In this document: positions 49,673-57,991 of the stretch, in pieces
Position numbering within the stretch: position 1 is the stretch's first letter
Layout: every line of letters starts with the position of its first letter
Source of the DNA: a virus
Strand: one strand, 5' to 3'
Length of the DNA: 64,000 nt
IMG/VR virus record: IMGVR_UViG_3300048074_000065
The notes under the pieces: model-generated
What the model saw: only the letters and a program-made list of their open reading frames with translations
Told to the model about the DNA's origin: nothing
Databases searched by the model: none
Made by a program: the position numbers and the translations under genes

Positions 49673-50130
49673 CACCCCTCCTTATTCAACTTCAATTCGG
49701 CGGTGAGGCGGTTATGATCCTCCCACAGTCGGGCGCGCGCCCGTTGGTACTCGCTAGTGAGTTCGCGATCCGCCGCGACCGTTTCGTCAAATGACTGTGC
49801 CAGCCGCATCGCGTTTTCTTCTCCGAACACCGCTAAGGGGTACATGACTAAAAAAATCTTGTCGGCGTCCGCGTCAAGGTGCCGGACAAGAGAGGGGCCG
49901 TGCTGGGTATTGGCGATCCTCCAGCCCTCAGGGATTTCGAGCTTTTTCACACTGGTCACCGCGATTTCCTCCTGCTGTTCGATATAGGCCGCGCGTAAGG
50001 TTTCGACTATCGGGGTCAAGAGTCGATGAGCGGCCAGGGCGCGCGCTTGACGGGGCGTGATCGTGCCGTCCTGTTCGGCGCGGGAATAGATTTCAAGTGT
50101 TTCCTCAGACAAGCGGCGGAAACTCGGCAT
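49672..50130 (-). CDS. hypothetical protein (152 aa)
   Basis: ORF track with a CAGGAGGA RBS. Confidence 0.6.
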   Translation of the reverse strand: MPSFRRLSEETLEIYSRAEQDGTITPRQARALAAHRLLTPIVETLRAAYIEQQEEIAVTSVKKLEIPEGWRIANTQHGPSLVRHLDADADKIFLVMYPLAVFGEENAMRLAQSFDETVAADRELTSEYQRARARLWEDHNRLTAELKLNKEG

Positions 50131-50133
50131 AGG

Positions 50134-50304
50134 TTAATCCTCCTGAAACGACTTGATCCATTCGGCCAGCCAGCACCGGGCTTCATCTTTGGTGAAGCCG
50201 AATTGATCCATGAGGTAGGGTACAGCCCCCAGCATATTCGTCACGCCGGAGTCGCGTAGAACCTCAAGGTACTCAAACACTGCCCCGCGTTGGTTCTCGT
50301 CCAT
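50134..50304 (-). CDS. 56-aa protein (not in the ORF track)
   Basis: Sequence MDENQRGAVFEYLEVLRDSGVTNMLGAVPYLMDQFGFTKDEARCWLAEWIKSFQED. CAGGAGGAA RBS. Confidence 0.45.
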   Translation of the reverse strand: MDENQRGAVFEYLEVLRDSGVTNMLGAVPYLMDQFGFTKDEARCWLAEWIKSFQED

Positions 50305-50320
50305 AGATTCCTCCTGATAG

Positions 50321-50337
50321 GGTAGGATTATCCTACC
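50321..50337. promoter_or_regulatory. 17-bp perfect palindrome GGTAGGAT-T-ATCCTACC (operator candidate)
   Basis: It lies 17 nt upstream of the 50304 start. A one-mismatch TTAGATT-type site (GATTTAGCTTC) is located 10 nt away. Confidence 0.4.
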
Positions 50338-50357
50338 GTTCGACTTGATTTAGCTTC

Positions 50358-50394
50358 ATTTAATAAAGCCCCGATACTTCAATCTTATCGGGGG
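50358..50394 (-). terminator. intrinsic terminator (minus strand)
   Basis: A 9-bp stem pairs GCCCCGATA with TATCGGGGC, followed on the minus strand by TTTATTAAAT. It starts right after the 50395 stop. Confidence 0.6.
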
Positions 50395-50808
50395 CTATAT
50401 TGGATAAGTTCCGTATTCATGTATCTGCAATTTCCATAGTCGGGATTTGATCGGCACTTGATTCAGAGGAATGCCATCAAATTCCGGCCATTGATCTGCG
50501 ATAAACATTGCACAATACTCATCATAAGGGTGATACTGTTCTACATCCTCTGAAACATAGCCAGGAACATCGACCCAGTACAGCCCATCATATATGCAAC
50601 CAAAACGGGGCTTGCCGTCTTTCATGGGCCACCACTGGGGGATACCGTCATGCTTGATAAGTGACCAGCGGTGCAACAATTCGCCCGGCAACGGAGTCCT
50701 GTCAGGGTTCATGAAACAAATCTTTTCATGACGCTTGATGGTTGGACGGGTTAATGACCGCCTGCCACAAAAGTCGCAGATATAGACTGTCGTTTTCTGA
50801 TTGTGCAT
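50395..50808 (-). CDS. hypothetical protein with an N-terminal CxxC...HxxxC zinc-finger-like motif (137 aa)
   Basis: ORF track with a GAGGGAGAG RBS. AT-richer than its neighbours. Confidence 0.55.
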   Translation of the reverse strand: MHNQKTTVYICDFCGRRSLTRPTIKRHEKICFMNPDRTPLPGELLHRWSLIKHDGIPQWWPMKDGKPRFGCIYDGLYWVDVPGYVSEDVEQYHPYDEYCAMFIADQWPEFDGIPLNQVPIKSRLWKLQIHEYGTYPI

Positions 50809-50880
50809 CTCTCCCTCAATCTTTCGTTTTTACTCGCGAATCATCGGGTACTTATTTGGCTATTTTCGAAACAATTGAAA

Positions 50881-51552
50881 TCAACGGTTCTTAACACTTT
50901 GCAAGAAACATTCCCCGATGTACTTGGTATACACAGGCAAAATCGCCTGAGCCAGCCCGCCCTGGTCCATCCACGCGCACCCCATTTCGCGCCGTGCATA
51001 ATCGACGCCTGAGAAGTGTCCCACCGGTTGCAGATAATCCCCCTCCTGCACGGGCCGTCCCATCTTGATCGGCGCGGGATAACTGGGACTGAACAGAAAC
51101 GGTACATCGAAACTACATTCAAACAGGCGAGGCTTGTGGATATGTACCCCAAACATCGGCCCATTCAGGAGCACGGGATTGATCAATGGCGACCCTGGCA
51201 CATTCTCGATCACGTAGGGCTTGCCGATTTCGACCAACAGCCGACGAAGCGGTGCGATCAAGTCCGGGTATTGCTTGCCCGCTTTGCGCCATTGTTTCGT
51301 ACTCTTACTGTATTCCTGGCAGGGCGGGCTAACATGGATAAGATCGTACTCTTTACCATGCGCCGCTAGATACTCAAAGACATCCCCCAGGATGAAGGAT
51401 AGCGGGTAGCGTGGCTGTGGTACGATGTCCATGCCTGTAACAACCAACCCCGCGAGATGGTAGCCCCACCCCGCGCCGCCTTGTGCGCAACAACCATCGA
51501 AACAGGTTAACTCGCTCATGTTGTTATCAATTCTAGTTATACCGTGCATCAC
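50881..51552 (-). CDS. compact DNA (cytosine-5) methyltransferase
   Basis: Motif I FDGCCAQGGAGWGY, motif IV SPPCQEYS and motif VI VIENVPG. The start may instead be the ATG at 51519. Confidence 0.75.
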   Translation of the reverse strand: MMHGITRIDNNMSELTCFDGCCAQGGAGWGYHLAGLVVTGMDIVPQPRYPLSFILGDVFEYLAAHGKEYDLIHVSPPCQEYSKSTKQWRKAGKQYPDLIAPLRRLLVEIGKPYVIENVPGSPLINPVLLNGPMFGVHIHKPRLFECSFDVPFLFSPSYPAPIKMGRPVQEGDYLQPVGHFSGVDYARREMGCAWMDQGGLAQAILPVYTKYIGECFLQSVKNR

Positions 51553-51655
51553 TTCTCAGTCGCTACAATCTTCACTTTCCGCTAATGCTCCCGATCACTT
51601 TCGGCTGAGTAGGGGGCTACCGGAAGCCCCGGTTTGCAGTCGATAACTCATATCG

Positions 51656-52276
51656 TCACAAAGTCGCCTTATTCCCTCGTGTTTTCCCGTGCCACTTGAC
51701 GACCTCGAACGACAGCGCCCACACGTCGGGCGAGTCAGCCCAGCGCGTGCCGGGCTTCGTGTTGATTGAGTCCCACAACAGACGATACCACGTCACAGGG
51801 TTACAGGTGCATGGTTTGTCCGGCCCATCATACCAGCCCGTAGGATACAGCGCGTCGCAGTGTGGGCATTCGCGGTTATCCTCGTCAGCGAGCCATCCCT
51901 CCGCCCGCGCGTCGTCTTCGGAGATGTCCTGCACCCGTTCGCGCCGGATGCTCAGGAGTCGGATGCGCAGGGGTCGCCAGAACGATGCATCTCCCAACGG
52001 ATTTTCCAAGACCCATAGGGGACCACTGTGGGGATGATTCCCCCACAATACCCCCGGTTTACCACATCCGGGCTGCACGGCGTAGGTGCTGCCGACTTGC
52101 CACTTAGCACGCCACTTCCCATTGACGCCGAAACAGACAGATTCAATGCCGTTGGGATAACAAACCATCTCAACTCCGTCGGTTTGCACGCCGTCGGGTT
52201 CCGGCTTGCCCACGCGCCGCGTTTGGGTCTTGCGGCCCTCAACTATGTCCGTGATACTTTCAGGTTGGAAGATCAT
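51656..52276 (-). CDS. ASCH-domain-like protein
   Basis: The N-terminus MIFQPESITDIVEGRKTQTRR is typical of ASCH proteins. AGGAGG RBS and ATGA overlap. Confidence 0.5.
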   Translation of the reverse strand: MIFQPESITDIVEGRKTQTRRVGKPEPDGVQTDGVEMVCYPNGIESVCFGVNGKWRAKWQVGSTYAVQPGCGKPGVLWGNHPHSGPLWVLENPLGDASFWRPLRIRLLSIRRERVQDISEDDARAEGWLADEDNRECPHCDALYPTGWYDGPDKPCTCNPVTWYRLLWDSINTKPGTRWADSPDVWALSFEVVKWHGKTRGNKATL

Positions 52277-52587
52277 TCGGCCTCCTTCGGCGTATCCCAC
52301 GCGCGCACTGTTCGTACAGGGCAATCCGGAAGATGTGCAATCGCGCCCCTTGAAGATGATCTGCCGCAGTGTCTACAACGATCAATCCCATCGCGCCACC
52401 CGAATGGCTCTGCCATCTCGCGTGCCACCGCCCGCGCCTGGTCCCGCTCATTCGTCAGCCGCACCACCTCCGCGCGCAGCATGGCGATCTCCTCGGCGGC
52501 GTGGGTCTTGGCGGCCTCCGCAGCCTTGGCGGGCGTCGAGTGGATGTCCCATAGACTGGCGCGGCGTTTCGTGGGCTTGTCGGTCAT
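52273..52587 (-). CDS. hypothetical protein (104 aa)
   Basis: ATGA overlaps at both ends. C-terminal CRHCG...HLPDC. Confidence 0.5.
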   Translation of the reverse strand: MTDKPTKRRASLWDIHSTPAKAAEAAKTHAAEEIAMLRAEVVRLTNERDQARAVAREMAEPFGWRDGIDRCRHCGRSSSRGAIAHLPDCPVRTVRAWDTPKEAE

Positions 52588-52829
52588 TGGTCGCCACCTT
52601 TCTTCCATCCGGCGTTGTTTAGTAGCTGTCCCACGATCCAGCCTGCCGATGTAGGCCATACTTCGCGCTTGCCGAGAAACACGTCACTCTCAACCAGCCC
52701 GCGCGCCGTCAACGCCTTCAATGTATTCGGGCGTATGGTTGCTCCATGATCGCGTGTCGTGACCAGCACGAACAAGGCGTCTGCCATTTTGGGTGTCATG
52801 TAGTAGACGCCCTTGAGTAAGTTATCCAT
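52584..52829 (-). CDS. hypothetical protein (81 aa)
   Basis: ATG at 52829 follows GGAGGGGAG. Confidence 0.45.
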   Translation of the reverse strand: MDNLLKGVYYMTPKMADALFVLVTTRDHGATIRPNTLKALTARGLVESDVFLGKREVWPTSAGWIVGQLLNNAGWKKGGDQ

Positions 52830-53505
52830 CACTCCCCTCCCCGGCGGCGGGCTGGATGCCCACCGCTTTGACCCACGATGATAAATCTCCATGGGTCAGC
52901 AAATTACCGCCCAATGTTCCCTGGCTGAGAACAGGTCGCAACGACACGCTATCAATCACAATGATCGCATTTCCGCGTCCGGTGCAGTGCGCCAGTTCAT
53001 CTTCCAGTGCCGCGATCTGGTCTCCTAGTTGCGCGATGGTCGTCTGCGCCGTGGTCCGCTCGTTGCGTAGGCGCTCGATCTGCGCATCCTTCGCCCGCTG
53101 TTCCTCACCGAACTCGATCATCACCTTATCCAACTCATTGACCGATCCGTGCAACGGGAGCGCCTTGAGTACATCCGGCGCGACTTTCATGAGCGCCTTG
53201 GCCAACATCTGCTCATTATCGCGCGACTGCTGAAACTGGACGACACGCGCTTTCGCCATGTCGTCACGCATTCGGGACTGGGAGGTCAGGCGCTCGATCT
53301 TGGCGAGCAAATTACGGATGTCAGTCGGAGCGTTGGCGATAAACACGGCGTTCTCGCGGGACAATCGGCCCGCCACCATGTATTCATCATCGGCGGTATA
53401 AACTGTGTTGGTGTCCAGTTTCTCGCCGACAATCGTCGCGACCCATTCGCCCAAGGTGGTGTTATCCACCCGGTTCTTGATGGCTTGCAACTCTTCTGGT
53501 GTCAT
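52822..53505 (-). CDS. Ea22-like coiled-coil protein
   Basis: ENAVFIANAPTDIRNLLAKIERL matches the ead/Ea22-like signature (NAxFIAxAxxDIxxLL). Followed by a long coiled coil. Confidence 0.5.
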   Translation of the reverse strand: MTPEELQAIKNRVDNTTLGEWVATIVGEKLDTNTVYTADDEYMVAGRLSRENAVFIANAPTDIRNLLAKIERLTSQSRMRDDMAKARVVQFQQSRDNEQMLAKALMKVAPDVLKALPLHGSVNELDKVMIEFGEEQRAKDAQIERLRNERTTAQTTIAQLGDQIAALEDELAHCTGRGNAIIVIDSVSLRPVLSQGTLGGNLLTHGDLSSWVKAVGIQPAAGEGSDG

Positions 53506-53618
53506 CGTTTACCTCTCCAATACCTATCATACACATCGGGCGGCAGGACCCATTCAATCCAGCAGACCAGCACGCCGATGAACACGACAATCGTGGCCAA
53601 CGCTTCGAAGCAGTCCAT
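53502..53618 (-). CDS. 38-aa membrane peptide (not in the ORF track)
   Basis: Sequence MDCFEALATIVVFIGVLVCWIEWVLPPDVYDRYWRGKR. Overlapping start and stop with both neighbours. Confidence 0.4.
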   Translation of the reverse strand: MDCFEALATIVVFIGVLVCWIEWVLPPDVYDRYWRGKR

Positions 53619-53869
53619 CACAGCACCCGCGCGTGGATCAGGTAGTGCTCGACCAGCAGCTTGGCGGGCGTGTAACTCAGCGTCGGCGGCATCACGTAGA
53701 CGTTGCGGTGCATCCCCTCGTCCGACACCATCGCCACACTGCCCACCCAGGACTCAGTAGGCGTGCCCACGCCATCGCCAATCAGCACCGCCAGATAGTT
53801 CTTAATCCGCAGGGTACGGATGACCGTGCCCCAGATGGTCTCCTCTTTCCAGTCCAGGAGTTCAGGCAT
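53618..53869 (-). CDS. hypothetical protein (83 aa)
   Basis: ATG at 53869 follows a GGAGG RBS. Confidence 0.5.
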   Translation of the reverse strand: MPELLDWKEETIWGTVIRTLRIKNYLAVLIGDGVGTPTESWVGSVAMVSDEGMHRNVYVMPPTLSYTPAKLLVEHYLIHARVL

Positions 53870-54185
53870 CGACCGCCTCCAGCAGCTCATTCAACCGCTG
53901 TTGATACTGGCGGGTGATGGCGACCTCGGCGGGACTGAACACCCCACGGGCGTTGATGTCCTGCACCGCGAGCACCAGTTCGATATTTTCAGCCACCAGG
54001 CGTTCCAGGGCGTTACCCTGGCGACGTTGCGCGGCCTTCACCAGCAAGCGCTGCTGGCGGGCGTACAACACGTCTTTCCGCCGATCCTGGTGCGTCTGGA
54101 AGTCCTGCTCATCCGGGTGGTCCCAGTCTACATCCCAGACGCAGACCTGGCTCATCGGGTCGGGATAAATCTGTTTAAAGTTCAT
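53862..54185 (-). CDS. hypothetical protein (107 aa)
   Basis: ORF track with a TAGGAG RBS. Confidence 0.55.
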   Translation of the reverse strand: MNFKQIYPDPMSQVCVWDVDWDHPDEQDFQTHQDRRKDVLYARQQRLLVKAAQRRQGNALERLVAENIELVLAVQDINARGVFSPAEVAITRQYQQRLNELLEAVDA

Positions 54186-54592
54186 GCGATTGCTCCTAAC
54201 ATTTGGGCCTTGACATACGCGACGTAGCGCCCTTGCTCCAGCGCCATACGATACCGAAGCGGAAATGTCCAGTGTTCCCGCGTCACCAGGGCGCGGCAGG
54301 GCGGCAGCAACCGTTGGTCCGCCGCCGCCTGCAACTCATCGGCTATCTTCCCGATCTCCGTGCCCAGCTCCGCGACCGTCGTAATTTCAGGGAACGTCCG
54401 CAGCACCTTCGGCTTACCGGTGGCCAGTCGCCGTTTGGCATCGACCACCACCACCTGATGAGGCAGCACGAACACGTAGATCGGCGTGGCGTGCGTGCGT
54501 TTGCCGATCAGGTAACCGTGCTCCAGGCGGGTGCGTTCCCGGTTGAGTCCGATGAGCGCAGCTCTCAAGTAGGAGCGGAGTTCGGGAGACAT
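54182..54592 (-). CDS. hypothetical protein (136 aa)
   Basis: ORF track. Operon context only. Confidence 0.5.
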   Translation of the reverse strand: MSPELRSYLRAALIGLNRERTRLEHGYLIGKRTHATPIYVFVLPHQVVVVDAKRRLATGKPKVLRTFPEITTVAELGTEIGKIADELQAAADQRLLPPCRALVTREHWTFPLRYRMALEQGRYVAYVKAQMLGAIA

Positions 54593-54595
54593 AGG

Positions 54596-54838
54596 TTAGG
54601 CCACCCACGCAGGCTGGGTGACATCGGGCATCACGTCGAGCACGGCACCGTAGCAGTCGCACAGGCGTTGGTGAATGCCCCAGGTGGTCGAGAGGCTGTC
54701 GGGCAGGTCGATTTCGAACTGCACCCCGCCCCGATGCTGAAGCCAGGGCCATAACAGTAACTCAGCAAAGACTTCGTAATCGCAACAATCAAACACCCAC
54801 ACGCCCATCACGCTATGAACTTTTCCAATCATGATCAT
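54596..54838 (-). CDS. hypothetical protein (80 aa)
   Basis: ATG at 54838 follows GAAGGAGGGA. Confidence 0.5.
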   Translation of the reverse strand: MIMIGKVHSVMGVWVFDCCDYEVFAELLLWPWLQHRGGVQFEIDLPDSLSTTWGIHQRLCDCYGAVLDVMPDVTQPAWVA

Positions 54839-54851
54839 CCCTCCTTCTCGA

Positions 54852-55397
54852 TTAACGTTTGAACGGGATACCCAAAATCTCGCAAAGGTCGTATTCCACA
54901 TAGCGCCCTTTGGGAATGCTTTCGTAACGGGCACGATGGCGCGCGAACTCCGCTGCCGCCCGACCGATGCCCCAATCAGGGCCGCGCGTTTCCCCATTGA
55001 CGATGACCGTGTAATTGGACGGATCATGGGGGCGCTGACCATGTGATGCCGTGCTGACTTTGCGTTCTTGCTTCTTCGCTTTCGGCGGACGGACGGGCTG
55101 AATGGGTGCAGCAGGGGCGATGGGATGCTCATCGTAGAACAAGTCCATCACCTTGGCCAGCATCTCCCAGTAGTCCGGGAAGTTGTCCAGGTCTTGCAGT
55201 TCGTGGTCATCGTCGAGGGGTCCGGCGTTCTCCGACTCGGCGGCATATTGCCAGTCGGGGTCCACCGCCGGTTCAGGGAGATAGACCCACGGCATCCGGT
55301 CGTCATGGTCGGCAGGAAAGTAGGGGGTGCGGTCGTAGTCCACTGTATCGGTGCGTTCGTCCAACAGCGGCCAATCGGCGGGTGTCGTGGGCAACAT
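54852..55397 (-). CDS. hypothetical protein (181 aa), acidic N-terminal half
   Basis: ATG at 55397, which is 4 nt after the upstream stop. Confidence 0.5.
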   Translation of the reverse strand: MLPTTPADWPLLDERTDTVDYDRTPYFPADHDDRMPWVYLPEPAVDPDWQYAAESENAGPLDDDHELQDLDNFPDYWEMLAKVMDLFYDEHPIAPAAPIQPVRPPKAKKQERKVSTASHGQRPHDPSNYTVIVNGETRGPDWGIGRAAAEFARHRARYESIPKGRYVEYDLCEILGIPFKR

Positions 55398-55401
55398 AAG
55401 T

Positions 55402-55629
55402 TTATTCCCTATCCTCGTGAACGACGTTAAGCGGCTCCACGCCTTCGACCACGGTGCAGGGACGATGGGGCGTGTTTTCGACCTCGTGCGCTGGTGACGA
55501 TTGTGGTGCGTCTGGCAGGGTATGCCCGGCATTCAGCCAATCGGTCAGGTCCCAGACGGTCACCAGTAGCTCCAGGAGTTCGGAGTTGCTGACTTGAATG
55601 CGGTTGAGCAGAGCTTGTTGATCCATCAT
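55402..55629 (-). CDS. hypothetical protein (75 aa)
   Basis: GAGGGAA RBS. First gene after promoter 55654-55681. Confidence 0.5.
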   Translation of the reverse strand: MMDQQALLNRIQVSNSELLELLVTVWDLTDWLNAGHTLPDAPQSSPAHEVENTPHRPCTVVEGVEPLNVVHEDRE

Positions 55630-55653
55630 CTCATTCCCTCACTGTCACTATTC

Positions 55654-55681
55654 ATTATAGGCGCGTTTCTCTGAATGTCAA
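55654..55681 (-). promoter_or_regulatory. near-consensus sigma70-type promoter, TTGACA-16-TATAAT
   Basis: Minus strand: -35 at 55681-55676 and -10 at 55659-55654. Confidence 0.65.
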
Positions 55682-55686
55682 GCAAG

Positions 55687-56754
55687 TCACATAGTCATTT
55701 CCATCGGAAGCGATAGTTGTCGTTCGTCCGGTAGACCCAGGTGGGGAGTGGAGACCGTTTCACGCCAGGCGTGCATCACGTTGACGCACGAGCGTCGGAA
55801 GGCTTCATAACATCCATCCTCGCCGATAAAACCATCGGTCTCACTCAGTTTGGGCCACCAACGCACGCGCCCGACTCCGGTATTCGCCCAGTACTGGGCA
55901 TAGTCAAACGCCATTTTCTGGATATAGTTGCAATCGACACTCCAGACGTTCAACACGCGATAAAGTTCCATCTGTTTTTCGGGACTGCCACCCAGCAGGT
56001 GTACCGGCCAACCTTCAAACTCGTGCAGGGGCACGGTGGTTCCGGCGAACTTGGTAGGGATGCTGTAACCGAGTCGCACGGGTTTGCCGCCAACGTTGCG
56101 CGGCAACTGCTGAATACCGCCATGCACTTTAGGAATGATCACCACCGTCTGTACATATCGCGCCGCCTCTTCGGCCCAGGACAATACCTCGTCTAATTGT
56201 TCGGGACGTTCCCAGTCCAGCACTGTGGCCAACTGGGGGTGTTGTTCAGCCAACGCGGTCATATAGCGCTCCCGGTTGGGAGTTTTCCAATTCTGATCGG
56301 CGAAGTAAGGACGAAACCCCGTCCCGTTCGGTAACTGTGCCCCATAAAGCATCCCGGCATCAATGGCAACCCGCGCCGCGCGCGGGTTGCCATCAGCGCA
56401 GTAGATGACTTCTAAATTCCCGACATTGGGGCGGCGCATTCTCTGCTTCAATGATTTCCGCCAGCACAGTAACATTCGTCCGTTGTTCGTCCATTCCGCC
56501 TTTTCGACATGAAACCCACGCCGGGTATACCAAGCATTGGCGGGCAAATCAGCGGGGCACTTCGCGAACAGGGAGGTAGCGCCTTTGACAGACTCTAAGC
56601 GTCTCAGCATTAATGCCCCTGCTCCTGGTCGCGTGCTGATGATCTCGCGTATGGTAAGTTGTCCATCGCGGCGGAGATGCCAATGACACATGCCGCCCCC
56701 CACGAGCATCAACTCTCCTTTTTGCGAACTGTCATGCAGTGTCTCGAAGATCAT
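55687..56754 (-). CDS. fusion protein: N-terminal GNAT-like acetyltransferase fold plus a C-terminal TGT/DpdA-like (transglycosylase superfamily) domain
   Basis: GNAT signs: TRPGAGALML and WYTRRGFHV. TGT-like signs: IPKVHGG (compare GIVQGG) and PVHLLGGSPEKQMELYRVLNVWSVDCNYIQKMA (compare RYLMGVGxPxDL..GxDMFDCVxPTRxAR). Confidence 0.4.
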   Translation of the reverse strand: MIFETLHDSSQKGELMLVGGGMCHWHLRRDGQLTIREIISTRPGAGALMLRRLESVKGATSLFAKCPADLPANAWYTRRGFHVEKAEWTNNGRMLLCWRKSLKQRMRRPNVGNLEVIYCADGNPRAARVAIDAGMLYGAQLPNGTGFRPYFADQNWKTPNRERYMTALAEQHPQLATVLDWERPEQLDEVLSWAEEAARYVQTVVIIPKVHGGIQQLPRNVGGKPVRLGYSIPTKFAGTTVPLHEFEGWPVHLLGGSPEKQMELYRVLNVWSVDCNYIQKMAFDYAQYWANTGVGRVRWWPKLSETDGFIGEDGCYEAFRRSCVNVMHAWRETVSTPHLGLPDERQLSLPMEMTM

Positions 56755-56984
56755 TGTTTACTCCACTCCTTGCCTCTCCCGTTCATATGCCAATCGCCGA
56801 CCTCGGCCAGCCACTCCTGGACGATAGGCCAGCCGCGTGACACGTCGTAGTTGCCCACGAAAAACGCGGCGGCGTAGAGTTCGTGGTACAGGGTGCGCTC
56901 CAACACGGGACCGTGGGCAGTGAGGCGCAGGAACAGGGCTTGCACGTCGGGTTTCGAGATGGGACCGGTCCATTGCGCAGTCAT
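56751..56984 (-). CDS. hypothetical protein (77 aa)
   Basis: ATGA overlaps at both ends. Confidence 0.5.
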   Translation of the reverse strand: MTAQWTGPISKPDVQALFLRLTAHGPVLERTLYHELYAAAFFVGNYDVSRGWPIVQEWLAEVGDWHMNGRGKEWSKQ

Positions 56985-57355
56985 GCGTTCTCGGTCTCCG
57001 CTTCTAAGACTGCGCGGACATTACGCCCCACGATCAGGTAGAACCACTGCCCTACCGGTGCGCCGACCTCGACCAGCAGGTCCCCGATCACTTGTTTGGT
57101 AGCAGGGGCCAATACCCACCAGCCCCACACGGGATGATCGTACCCTTCGGGCTTGTACTGATTGGTCGCGCAAATCACCGTCTTGGATTTGCAGTCGGGA
57201 TGAAACTCACCAGGGAAATCGGGTGTGTCGAGCAGGGCCACGATGTAGTAGGGTCCGAACTGTTCCCACCCTGCCGGGAGTTCGGTGTGCAGGGCGTATT
57301 CTTCGCCGGGGCGAAACGCCAGGATGTTGTCGGCTTCTTTCGTTTGGTCAGTCAT
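56981..57355 (-). CDS. hypothetical protein (124 aa)
   Basis: ORF track with a GGAGAC RBS. Confidence 0.55.
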   Translation of the reverse strand: MTDQTKEADNILAFRPGEEYALHTELPAGWEQFGPYYIVALLDTPDFPGEFHPDCKSKTVICATNQYKPEGYDHPVWGWWVLAPATKQVIGDLLVEVGAPVGQWFYLIVGRNVRAVLEAETENA

Positions 57356-57720
57356 TTCGTCTCCACATGATCGGCTTGGTGTTGCGCGAACTCAATGGTC
57401 ATCTTGCCAGTGGCTACGCCCGTCCCATCGCAGCACGGGCAACTGTCCTCGATGTTTTCGTAGACCTCATCGTCCCAGCCAGTCATGACCAGTCCGCTGC
57501 CATCACAGAGTGGGCAATCATCCCCGTCGGCAAAATAGAAACGTCCGTTCATGGCAAACCCTACCGGGATCGATACGCCTCTAATCTCGGTTTCAACGGC
57601 CAAAATGATGGCGCGTTCTTCGGTCTCCTCCGTAGCGTCCAAACGGGCGTCCAGCAAGGACATACGCTCAGTGCCTCCTGAGCCATTCGTGACGCAGAAT
57701 ATCTTGGAGTCGTGTCCCAT
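57352..57720 (-). CDS. small protein with two DnaJ CR-type CxxCxGxG zinc motifs
   Basis: CPLCDGSG and CPCCDGTG. ATG at 57720 follows GAAGAGGA. Confidence 0.5.
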   Translation of the reverse strand: MGHDSKIFCVTNGSGGTERMSLLDARLDATEETEERAIILAVETEIRGVSIPVGFAMNGRFYFADGDDCPLCDGSGLVMTGWDDEVYENIEDSCPCCDGTGVATGKMTIEFAQHQADHVETK

Positions 57721-57721
57721 C

Positions 57722-57991
57722 TCAGTCCTCTTCCACTTTCTTGCGCGTTTCGAGCGCATAGTCGTCGTCGTCTGTGAGAATCACGCCTGTAACGCGCGCC
57801 ACATGCGAGGCCGTGCCATCCCGTATTATCTGGCGAGCCAGCAGGCACAGTTCGCGTAATCGGTTCGCCGCCCAGGTATCCGTCTGTTCATCCGGGTTGC
57901 CCAGCGACAAGATCGCGCTGAGAAGGACGGACTCATTGTGCGCTTTCTTCATGCCTAAATCTGCCAGGTCGGCGGAACGTCGGGTGGTCAT
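57722..57991 (-). CDS. hypothetical protein (89 aa)
   Basis: ORF track with an AAGGGGTGA RBS. Confidence 0.5.
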   Translation of the reverse strand: MTTRRSADLADLGMKKAHNESVLLSAILSLGNPDEQTDTWAANRLRELCLLARQIIRDGTASHVARVTGVILTDDDDYALETRKKVEED

